Below, piece by piece: positions 25,825 to 35,799 of a stretch of DNA of 64,000 nucleotides. The stretch is from assembly GCA_024704765.1 (NCBI GenBank), contig JAKMXF010000099.1:796419-860418 (forward strand). Direction: 5' to 3'. The notes beneath the pieces were generated by a model. That model was not told where the DNA came from. It searched no databases and saw only the letters and a program-made list of their open reading frames with translations. The position numbers were made by a program, and so were the translations under genes. How positions within the stretch are numbered: the stretch's first letter is position 1; the number at the start of each line of letters is the position of its first letter. Source of the stretch: Oopsacas minuta (taxonomy: Eukaryota; Animalia; Porifera).

Positions 25825-28800
25825 TCAAAAATATAGTTTCTTCCTTAAATGACTAATATCCTCAGTACATTGTGAAAAAGTTTGAGATAGTAAAGAAACC
25901 CTGCGTCTGACTTCTGTCATTATGTGCAAAAATTCTTCATATCGACAATACTGTAATACTAAACAAAATGACTGAATGAATATCGAACCATGGGAAGTAT
26001 GTCTGAATGATGAATATCGCTGCACAGTAGAATTTCCAATAAAAATATCAGAGAGGGCCGACAGATTTTCTGGTTCCTCATCAATAGATCCCGTTGGATT
26101 AAGCAAAATACGAAGTGGATGGATAGTCGGATGTAATTGTTCTTTTCCAGAAGTAGATATTTCACTATCTTCCCTCACTTGATTATTTTTCATTATGTTA
26201 TTACCATACTCTGAAAAAAACATATATTTTCGATGAGATAATTTATTTTCTCTAAGCTGAAATACTTCTATTTTAGACCCTCGACAGGCTTGAAGAATGA
26301 AAATCTTTGGTTTACCAGCTAAAGATTCACAGTAAATATTTGAAAATTCGGAGGTAATCTCATCTCGAGAAATTTTCTTTCCATCAGATAGCAAAATGTT
26401 GTCATCTTCGTCACCATGGGACATCACAACACAAAAGAATGAATCATAAGAAGAATGGTCTAAACGAGCAATTTTTATAATCTCTTTCTTAAATTCTGCT
26501 TTAGTTAAGTTTTCTTTAGCAATGACAACATATTGTAAATGTTCAAATGTGTCACGAAGTGATATGAGATCTAGTTTAGATCCTTTTCGAACTGATGCTT
26601 GATCAGTCGCAAATATTTCAATGTTCACAAGAAATGCTATTCCGTGAGGATTTGAATTCATCCGATATCGATCATGATGAGGCTGTCTATCAATATTTTT
26701 GCTATTATGAAAGGTCAAAGGTGTTATTAGTCCCTTACTGATATTCTTGTCAATTAAACTACGCAAAAACTGATGACCTGGGTTTCTATACTCTCTACAT
26801 AGAACAACATACAATTTGACGGCCCATAAGGGACCTTTATGAACTAATTCTTCCAGAAGATTAGCAGAATTTTCTACCTGAGAATAACCCTTGTTGTTTA
26901 TAGCATAAATTCTTTCTGAACTAGCTAGGCCAAACTTATAGAGTAGAGGTGATAAGTCTTGGGAATTTATGTGCTGTATAAAGGTATCTTGATTATTGAA
27001 AATGAATTTTGCTATAGAAGTGTTATCATAAAACTTGGTAATATAATCCAACAAAAAATCATTATCATTAAAAATGTGGTTCCAATTAATCTTACATTGT
27101 TTGTTGTAACACCATGATTCCCTAGCCCTAGAGTCCGTTAGCAACAATTGGTCCAAACAAATGCATGGATGCTCCATTCGATCCAAATCAGAAAGTCTGT
27201 CACAAGTACAATCTAATACAACTTTAGCCAAATTTCCACAAGGTATCAGTTTTCCCTGAATATCAATGATAAGCATCTGAAGAAAAATTAAGTAGTCCAT
27301 TATCTCTGATTTATCATATTGATCTGCGTAAGGATTTTCTTGTTCCTCCAATGAGTTAATTTTGGAGAAATTAATTTGAATGTATGGTTTATCTATGCAA
27401 AATTCGATAGCAACCAGGAGAGAAGGACAGACATAGAAAAAGGCACAGTCGAAGCCGAATATAGGAAGAGATAAGTTCTTTTCAACATTTCTACGGATGC
27501 AATAAGATAGGAGTGTAAAATAGAGGGACGCGGGAATAAATCCGTCTGGGAAAAACAAGTAAAACGAAGAGAAAAATCGATGATTGGGTAGCAATGATAC
27601 TAGTTTTTTTGAAGAAGTCGTGAAAAGATAAGGAACGTAATAATAATTTGATAATCCTTCTTCAGATTGGCTATCAATCAAAATGCCGTATATTTTAAGT
27701 AAATCTAAAAGGGAATCTTTTAAAACCCTAAGATTGAGTGAATTTAAAATATATTCAAGCAAATTACATGACAATTTGGCCTCAGACTGGCAAATTCTCA
27801 GATCCCTAACTAAAATCTCGGTGTTTGTGTTGGTAAACCTTTCTAGAAGAGCACTACCATACTGCGGAGAAACAATATGATAAATAAGATCTAAAAATTT
27901 CTGAACGTCAGTTATAATTATTCCCTGCTTATAAAAGAAAAAACCAATATCGTGGAAAAGATGGAGAAAATATTCCAAATCTTTCAAACAACTGCAAGAT
28001 TCAGCCAAAAAACATATTCGTCTGTGATTTATAATTGGCAGCTCTTCTCGTAAAATAATATTTGCGAGCTCTATCCATTTAATAGGAATAGATTGCTGAA
28101 AAGCAATATGGTCAGAGAGTTGTTTAACAATGTCTTTAAGTTTAGATATTCCAGATATGTAGGGAGATTCGGGTAGACAGCTTATCAAAAAAAGTCCATC
28201 ATCTTCATGAACTAAACTGAAAGCATTATTTCTTCTGTTCATGTGTGATCTTATAGTTTCTAAATGTTTCTCTGCTCGCTTTATAGGATTGATCACACAG
28301 TCAGATTTGCTGAATACGAAGATGATTTTAGCAGGTCTTTGGTAAATGTCATTCGATGCAGTTTTACTGACGGAAAATATGGCATTGAGCCAAAACTCAA
28401 TAGCTTCCAAATAAGTAGTTGGCACACCAATTTGTGATCTGAGAGTATGTCTGTCCATTCTCTCAGTCCTCACATTGATTGGGTTAGTAAGTTCATCAAC
28501 TGATAAGTCTACCAGTAGTAAATAGATAGCTCGGGGGGAAAGAAAGAGAGAATGAAAGCAATATAAATAATTCTGCCCTGCGAAATCCCATGCTGTTAGA
28601 AAGTTAGACTTTGATGATAGCTCGTCGGTTCCACGAAGTGTGGCATGAATTTTCTGGACTGGAATTGATTTGGCGAAATCTTTGGAGTTTTCTTCGAATA
28701 ATGTCGGAGCAACAGCAGCGGAGTCCACCTGAGAACCCAGATAATCGTCAAACTTTTCTTCAGTTAGTAGATTGAGCTCCTCTCCTCTAGGATTTAATGA

Positions 28801-30894
28801 TGGTGATAGGAAGTGTTCTTGTGAATCAAAAATGTTGGAGGATTTTGAGTTGTCCGATTCTGGGATAAAGGTTTTGTGCTCTGAGAAAGAATGATTTCGT
28901 AAACAAAATTCATTTTGTAATTTCTTATCATATTCTAAGTACTCTTGAGTCATGTACTTTACAGCCATATCTTGCCTGGTTTCCTCTAAATTATTAGTAT
29001 ATGTCATCAAGTCTTCTATCTGCTCCCAATCCTGAGAAATCTTATGCACCTGTAAATCGAATTTGTTTATAAATGGAGTACTTTCTTCGTCGATTTTGAA
29101 GGGTAAACCAGTTAGATTGCGCAGGAGAGAGGTCTTGCCTACTCCTTCAGGCCCTACTATCATCAAACGATAAAATCGAAAAGGTTCAGACCCTTCCAAA
29201 CAAGCCATCATATACGCTCTTCTGAATGCATCCCCTTCAATGTTTAAAATAGAAGAAAGATCTTTATTGGAACTAAAATTAAAACCTCCAACTAAACCAT
29301 CAATGACCTGAATATATTCAGACTTGCGAGATTCTACTATTGAATCATATAATATGGTGTGTAACTCCGAAAAATAATTCTTTTGAATTGACAGAATAAA
29401 ATTAGCTAGCAAAGATGAATTCGCGCCAGAAAGCGTCTTATCAATAGCGTGTACAATCATCATGTTTTTGTAATTGGTGGGGTAGGAGTATGTTGATGGT
29501 TGAAACTTTTTGACTGCTTCCGAATTACAGTTGGAAACTAATTGGCTAAGAAAGATAGCTCTAGGAATATCAGGGAAGGAATTCGCAAGCTCGTTTGAGA
29601 AAATATTGACCTTAAGAGATGTTTTATCATTTAAAGATACTTGATGCTGTTCAATATCACAAGTTAGAATGAGCACCACAACTAGACTACATTTTCCACA
29701 TAGATTTTTGTTTTTATTGATAGTTTGTGTATAGCTGGATTTACCAACCAACAAAATATCCTGAGCAATTCTGAAGTTCATCAATTGAAACTCTATCTTA
29801 ATATTTTCAATTAACTCTGGGATAAAATTTAAATTGCTTTGTGTAAAATTTTCGTTTGTAAGAACCATGAATAGTCCTTGTGATGATGAGCTTGCAGTCA
29901 CATCATCTTGGCCTTGAACATTGGCATTTCTAGAAAGATAAATATATTGTCTAAGAGTATTTTGTATAAAAAATACATTATTCGCACCAGAGTAATGACT
30001 ACATGATTCAAGGAATTGGTAGTAAGTATCCCTGGTGTTGAGAAATAAATTGATTAATTGAGATTTCGATTGAGTTTTTCTTAGAGTTTCAAATAATGAT
30101 ACCACAGGCTGATGAGGTTTGATACCAGGAGAAAGTGAAGATTGATGAGATGATGAATAACAAAATAAGGTGTTTGTACAAATGTTCTTTTCTGGTGTTG
30201 GAGGGGAGTTTGCCTGGGAGATATAGTCAAAGAAGAGGAGAACTGGCATAGCAGCCTCTGAACTGACTAAAGATGCTATCTTGTTAATAAGAAATGTATG
30301 GGAGTAAACAGGATTGGAGTCTAGGCCTTCGTGGAATTTGTAACTGAGAATACCCCGAGAATCTTTAATAGAGACAGCCTGACCAATACAAAATACGACC
30401 AAACTGTTGAGAGACGGGGAAGAAGCAATAGCTTCATCTATTAATAAGGGAAGTGCCTTATATTTAGACACATCATAAATTCCTGCTTTAACATTAGAAA
30501 ACTTAAGTTTCTGATGATCTCGAATATAAGCTGTGTCCAAAATTTTCACATTAAAATTCAGGAAAGTTAAAGTTTTCTCAATCTGCTTTGATTTGAGTCT
30601 CGCTTGGAGAAGATCAATCTCGCAGCTTTCAAATATAATTATCAAACAGAGACCACACTTTGCATTGTGCTGTGAAATATGAGGATTAGAGTTGAGTGCT
30701 TCAATTGATATTTGAAATTCATTTTCGTTAAAAGACTGAGTATAAGGGTTAGGGCTAGTTTTAGATTTTACAAAAGACACGGGTGTATCCATAACAATCA
30801 ATTCTCCATCACTATCTGAGTCAAGAGGTGGAGTATTTGCTCCCGAAAGGCCAAGTTGTCTAAAATTCTCATCAGATATACTTTGTGAGGTCAT
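25825..30894 (-). CDS. Roco-caspase fusion protein: 2 degenerate caspase-like domains, Roc GTPase, COR, CARD-like domain, caspase (peptidase C14)
   Basis: Uninterrupted 1689-aa ORF. P-loop GPEGVGKTS (aa581), WDFAGQ (aa769), G4-like FSKSD, COR-like PIKW..EL / LHLFHDIGFFFY / YYVPYLF, six-helix death-fold pattern (aa~1295-1385), and a caspase from YRMNSNPHG with SHG (H1493) and QACRG (C1537). Confidence 0.93.
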   Translation of the reverse strand: MTSQSISDENFRQLGLSGANTPPLDSDSDGELIVMDTPVSFVKSKTSPNPYTQSFNENEFQISIEALNSNPHISQHNAKCGLCLIIIFESCEIDLLQARLKSKQIEKTLTFLNFNVKILDTAYIRDHQKLKFSNVKAGIYDVSKYKALPLLIDEAIASSPSLNSLVVFCIGQAVSIKDSRGILSYKFHEGLDSNPVYSHTFLINKIASLVSSEAAMPVLLFFDYISQANSPPTPEKNICTNTLFCYSSSHQSSLSPGIKPHQPVVSLFETLRKTQSKSQLINLFLNTRDTYYQFLESCSHYSGANNVFFIQNTLRQYIYLSRNANVQGQDDVTASSSSQGLFMVLTNENFTQSNLNFIPELIENIKIEFQLMNFRIAQDILLVGKSSYTQTINKNKNLCGKCSLVVVLILTCDIEQHQVSLNDKTSLKVNIFSNELANSFPDIPRAIFLSQLVSNCNSEAVKKFQPSTYSYPTNYKNMMIVHAIDKTLSGANSSLLANFILSIQKNYFSELHTILYDSIVESRKSEYIQVIDGLVGGFNFSSNKDLSSILNIEGDAFRRAYMMACLEGSEPFRFYRLMIVGPEGVGKTSLLRNLTGLPFKIDEESTPFINKFDLQVHKISQDWEQIEDLMTYTNNLEETRQDMAVKYMTQEYLEYDKKLQNEFCLRNHSFSEHKTFIPESDNSKSSNIFDSQEHFLSPSLNPRGEELNLLTEEKFDDYLGSQVDSAAVAPTLFEENSKDFAKSIPVQKIHATLRGTDELSSKSNFLTAWDFAGQNYLYCFHSLFLSPRAIYLLLVDLSVDELTNPINVRTERMDRHTLRSQIGVPTTYLEAIEFWLNAIFSVSKTASNDIYQRPAKIIFVFSKSDCVINPIKRAEKHLETIRSHMNRRNNAFSLVHEDDGLFLISCLPESPYISGISKLKDIVKQLSDHIAFQQSIPIKWIELANIILREELPIINHRRICFLAESCSCLKDLEYFLHLFHDIGFFFYKQGIIITDVQKFLDLIYHIVSPQYGSALLERFTNTNTEILVRDLRICQSEAKLSCNLLEYILNSLNLRVLKDSLLDLLKIYGILIDSQSEEGLSNYYYVPYLFTTSSKKLVSLLPNHRFFSSFYLFFPDGFIPASLYFTLLSYCIRRNVEKNLSLPIFGFDCAFFYVCPSLLVAIEFCIDKPYIQINFSKINSLEEQENPYADQYDKSEIMDYLIFLQMLIIDIQGKLIPCGNLAKVVLDCTCDRLSDLDRMEHPCICLDQLLLTDSRARESWCYNKQCKINWNHIFNDNDFLLDYITKFYDNTSIAKFIFNNQDTFIQHINSQDLSPLLYKFGLASSERIYAINNKGYSQVENSANLLEELVHKGPLWAVKLYVVLCREYRNPGHQFLRSLIDKNISKGLITPLTFHNSKNIDRQPHHDRYRMNSNPHGIAFLVNIEIFATDQASVRKGSKLDLISLRDTFEHLQYVVIAKENLTKAEFKKEIIKIARLDHSSYDSFFCVVMSHGDEDDNILLSDGKKISRDEITSEFSNIYCESLAGKPKIFILQACRGSKIEVFQLRENKLSHRKYMFFSEYGNNIMKNNQVREDSEISTSGKEQLHPTIHPLRILLNPTGSIDEEPENLSALSDIFIGNSTVQRYSSFRHTSHGSIFIQSFCLVLQYCRYEEFLHIMTEVRRRVSLLSQTFSQCTEDISHLRKKLYF

Positions 30895-31508
30895 TAAATC
30901 TTCAACAAATTATCAGAAAATTAGATAAATGTATAATCTAAATTTGTAACTAAATATAACACAAACGTTGATGACTGAAGTAATGCAGAGTCATCATCCG
31001 GTAACTCGAACATCAGGAGGTAAATCTGTCCGAAATAAGGGATGGCCTCAATTAAGGGAAATTACTGCTCATTGAGTATATTAATGATCACTTCAAAATG
31101 CAATACCTAGATCAAAACATTCATATGAAAATTATTTTAATATATATTGTGAATTCATATAGTATACAGTTAAGAGCGTCGAAATCCGGGTCAATTTGCC
31201 CAAACTTTAATTATATGTTCTTGGACTAAGGAAAAGGGCAAATCGGACAGATTGAATAGTACCAAAGAGGGTTGTACTTCTCTATAAAATTATGTTATGT
31301 CACCAAACTCATCTCAACGTTTACTGTGAGACGTTTGCTGTTTCAAGATTAACCATAGGAACTTTTAACCAGGAACAAGATTTACCAGAGAAATCTTTGC
31401 AAAGGAGAAGTTGGGAAAGCGTAATAAGGGTAGGAAGGATCCATAGGTTGAAGAAGTTCATTACTAAATTATTCAAATCAGAGTTTTGCTGTGTTCAATT
31501 TAGGACTA

Positions 31509-32853
31509 CAGGGTGTTAAGAAATTGATGCCCTAATTATATTTGAGTAACAGTTTGAAATCAGCGGTATAGAATGTGGTGATCACTTTCCAATATAACTG
31601 CCTTTACGTTTTATACATTCTTTAACTCTATTACACATCCCTAATACTAAATTCTCCAAAATTTCTGGAGATATCCTCGACCAAGCCAGCTTTACATGAT
31701 TTTCCAGCATCAAAACGTTGGTTGGAATAAGCATCATTTGAATATCATGTTAGACTATTGACCACAAATTTTCAATGGGATTGAGGTCCGAGAGTTACCT
31801 GGCCAAGTTTTCCTTGTCCAAAATTCGATTAAATTGTTATCACACCATTCTTGCGTTCTTTTGGCAGTGTGGGCCGGAGCACCATCCTGTTGAAAGATGG
31901 CTCGTGACATGTCTGGCAACATCTTGCGACGTAAAACACTCGCTTCTTCTGGTTGACGCTGCATAGTAGACATCAATGACTTATTCAATATCTCTCTTAC
32001 ATAATAATCCGCGTTAACAGTTTGACCTTTGGGGATGATATGGAGTTCTGATACTGCACGATATGACATCATTCCCCAAACGAGGATTTTTGAGGGGAAT
32101 TTCACGGTTTCAGTTGGTAAAATTTGAGACTGTTTGTAAGCCCAGACACGATCATTCTGATGGTTTAAGTGAGGATATAATTCGAAGGGAGACTCATCTG
32201 AGAACAGTACCCGGTGCCACTCTTCATTTTTCTAGGATTTCCGATCTTTACAAAATTGGAGGCGAGCCATCCGCTGTTTTTCGGTGATTTTTGGCTGTTT
32301 TTGAGGTTTAAAGGGCTTGACAGAGAGTGTACTTCTTAAATATGTATGTACTGTTACATGAGACACTGGGCATCTCTTGGAGTGTAAGCGCTTAGCCAAT
32401 CTCCGCGTTGATTGGTGTCTTTTGCAAATCGATTTTGCAATGACGATTTTAGCAATTTTTGTGATTGTGGATTTGCGTCTACGTCCAGGCTTGTTTTCGA
32501 GGGAGCGACATGACTTATTGCGGCTCAACCAACGTCGACTTGTTCGAATTTTTATTCCTAAGCTCTGTGAAACCCGTATCTGAGTCATTCCACTCAATAC
32601 CATTCCTACTGCCCTGCTTCTTGTGGCGGAAGTAGCTTCTTTGACAATTAGTATACGCTATAATTCGTACAATCGGGTTTGATAATATACAAAATAGAAA
32701 TTGGCATTCTGACTGAGAGTGATATACTAAAATTGTCTAAAACTGGTTGTCAAATTGAAATAAGAGTGGGTGTATTTCATAAGATTGAACACTGAAACTA
32801 TGGTTACATTATTGTAGATTAAGTGATTAGGGCATCAATTTCTTAACACCCTG
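31509..32853 (-). mobile_element. Tc1-like DD37E transposon, decayed
   Basis: Perfect 28-bp TIR cagggtgttaagaaattgatgccctaat with TA TSD. Fragments carry an HTH region, KILVWGMMS and FQQDGAPAHT...WPGNS.DLNPIE (D-37-E); frameshifted. Confidence 0.94.
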
Positions 32854-34038
32854 TATGGGAGCTCTACCTCAAATCTCCGTTGCCAAAATTAAAAAGCATT
32901 AAATAGCGTTACGATTGCCATACTTAATTTATTTAACCAACAACTTCAACGAATACCGCAAACAAGTAATTGATTAAGCAATTAAACAGAAAACTGTAAA
33001 ATGAATTTTACTGTCAGAATTCAGTTTCTACATGAGATTAGGAACTGTTTTACTCCACGTTTAGATATTTGCAGAAAGATAATCTAATAACCAAGACTTG
33101 CAATACTCCAAAAGTCTCCAAAATATTGTAGCAAACCAATAATCGATTACGGTCCAAACATTAGTAATGAAAGGGAACAGTAAATTCGCAACTTCGTTTT
33201 AACCAATTCCTGCGTATAAACTAGATTTGAGCATCCATTTGAGGACATAAATCACTTTTCCCGGAAGTATTCGGGTAATAGAAAATGCAGAGATGAAGTC
33301 TCTGGTATGTTATCCTAAAGAAAAATAAATGAGATTGGACAAATGCCCTTTTCCCAAAAACGGGCAAATTGTTTTGTTGAATATAGCTGCAAATTTGAAA
33401 AATTGATTTCTTTCTGTAGAATATTATTAGTATTTTTCAGTTGCTATTTGTCACTGGAAGCTGGCTAATTCATAGAATGATTTTGAAAATGGGGTAAAAT
33501 TTCAGGCGGAACGTTTTTATTAACTCGAACTGATCTGACCAGGTTTCTCGACCTCTCTAAATAATCTTCTTAAGTGCTGGCATCCAGGTTGCATGACAAA
33601 TATTTACTTCTTCATGTAACGAAGATTACACATCATCGTAATAGAGAAAATTGGTACAACTATAGTGATGCACACCTTGATAAAAATTGGTTTTAGTGAA
33701 GATGTGGTTATTGTAGTGTGGTAGTACTTATAAAACAATGACGATAGGTAAAAAGAACGCAACAATAGGTCATGAATTGAGAAAGTCACACTAATTTTCT
33801 TTTATATTGAAGGTAGCCAAAACCATACTAATTTAGACATTATCGAATGCTTTTACCGTGTGCATATTCTGTTTGTTATGGTGATGATGATAATGATGAT
33901 AATCTACACATATACCATGAGATAAATATTTCTACTACTTTAACTTATTCATATATGTCAAATAGCAAAGTGATTAGTGTAAAATAGGTGTATATTTCAT
34001 TAACCTGAAAAAAATCACAAAAAGAACATATTTAACTA

Positions 34039-34217
34039 CATAATTGCACCAATTAGAAAGCAGTACCCTGTAGTGTGGTGTTCTGTGCATAACATATTAC
34101 AAATAATAATTCTTCCATAGCATAGCCAAGAACCTTGTACCTACATGCAGGCATTTTATTCATGCCTTCACTTCTAGTCACACTACAGGGTAATGCTTTC
34201 TAATTGGTGCAATTATG
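34039..34217. mobile_element. small MITE with ~40-bp TIRs
   Basis: cataattgcaccaattagaaagcagtaccctgtagtgtg / cacactacagggtaatgctttctaattggtgcaattatg. Confidence 0.75.
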
Positions 34218-35740
34218 CACAGTGTGGCAAAATGGCCATAATGGGGAAATAGGTAAATGAATCTGTAATATCACCACAATTATACTTACATATACTAAAC
34301 GACACTGTAGATTTCAAAGATACCAATGATATTTTAGTAGCACGACTATAAACCAAGTTATGACGTAATTACTGACATTTTCTAGTTTTTAACACTTGTG
34401 GTTCAATAGTGAGGATAATGTGAAAGTTGATAATACATGCATGTCATGGTCTCTATTCTGCTATTTCATAACGACAATTAAAAGACCCTTAATTATGTAT
34501 GACTATGGATATACTTATTATCATAAATCATCTGATAGTATACTATTACACAATATTTCTTGGAGGCTATTTGCAACTTCTCTTTTCTTCTTCGCATGCT
34601 TCAAACGATTCTGTACTAGGATGGGGTCACTACAACATAACAACCTGACTAAAATATCTCTAACATTATCTGTGAAAGAAGTTTTTCTGCAAGATTCTCC
34701 CGATATCGCCTTACAAATTTATTGCAGGATTCTAAACATTCCTCAGAGAGATTCTGTAATCCCTTACCATTATTGTAAGCACCTATTAACTGAAACGAAT
34801 GGGCAAGTAACTTGTGCAAAGATGGAGTGATGCTCGCCCATGGGTACTCAACTAGAATAAATTCGTACGTTTCTTTGCACAATTGCATATTGTTACAGTT
34901 AATCGAGTCACCACTGTCGAGGAGTCTTAACAATTCAGATAGATTTGTCTGGATCTTCTCTAATGATATTTTACCTGAAGGATTAATGGAAGAAGTGGCC
35001 CACGTCAAAAGGTCTCTCTTATTTAAAAAGCAGTCTCGCGCAATGTTACCAGTGGTTGAAGTGCCGCTCTGGCTTGAAGGGATATTGACACTGAAGTTAC
35101 ATCTTTCCTGGAGTATAGTTCGAACCCTTTTCATGGAAGAATTTACTTTCGAGTTTGATGGTGCCCATACCTTGTGTCTTGCATCAAGATGGTATATCAA
35201 CAGCATGAACCACCTGAATACACAACGGTAAGCATGCAAAGGAGACGCAGCTATAATATCGATTTTAGAAGTTGGCTAATGCGTAATACCAACACGTTGA
35301 TTTGATGGGAGTTTCAAGTAATCTTCTTCATCAATCTCTTCAAAAAGTTGCCGAGCGTCGCTAATTAATCTGTTAATAGGGAAACCAGAACGGGCCCATT
35401 CTAAACTTTTAACTTGGCTATCCGTTGCAGTACACAGATGACTAGAAACCCCACCAGCTCCATCCAGCAATCCTGCCATCTTGGTATCAAAAAGGAACGG
35501 ACTATCTCGACCTGTGCATGGCCTCCAATATGAGATAACCCATCCTGTATGATATGGTCTGTTTGAGGATTGACTATTGTATTCATGATAAGCTTTACAC
35601 TAGAATATTCTTCTTTCAAAGCTATCAGTGTTACTGGCCTAAAGCAGAACGGAGAGTTGGGTGTGCTGTTATAGAACACGTCATTTCCAAGTGTGTCTGT
35701 AATTGATATTTGTGGGTGTCAACAATATATTGTGAAGGAT
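34218..35740 (-). mobile_element. Transib/RAG1-core-like transposase remnant with candidate CACAGTG terminus
   Basis: Minus-strand motifs FYNSTPNSPFCFRPV, FDTKMA..DGAGG..SHLCTAT, LHAYRCVF, GTSTTGNIARDCF and ITPSLHKLLAHS...LSEECLESCNKFVRRYRE follow the Transib/RAG1 motif order. CACAGTG lies at 34218-34224, downstream of the ORF. Confidence 0.72.
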
Positions 35741-35799
35741 AAGGTTACACTGCTGTGTACCTGCAAACACTAGTTAACAATGTATTGACTAGTATAAAT

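Noticed and set aside
25959-27880. Short ORFs inside the Roco-caspase gene
   Set aside because: Shadow ORFs of under 70 aa with no domain signal.
31290-31500. Possible pogo DDE_1 remnant (LLQPMD) next to a cagttaag.. terminus at ~31167
   Set aside because: Only one motif is present and no partner TIR could be established.
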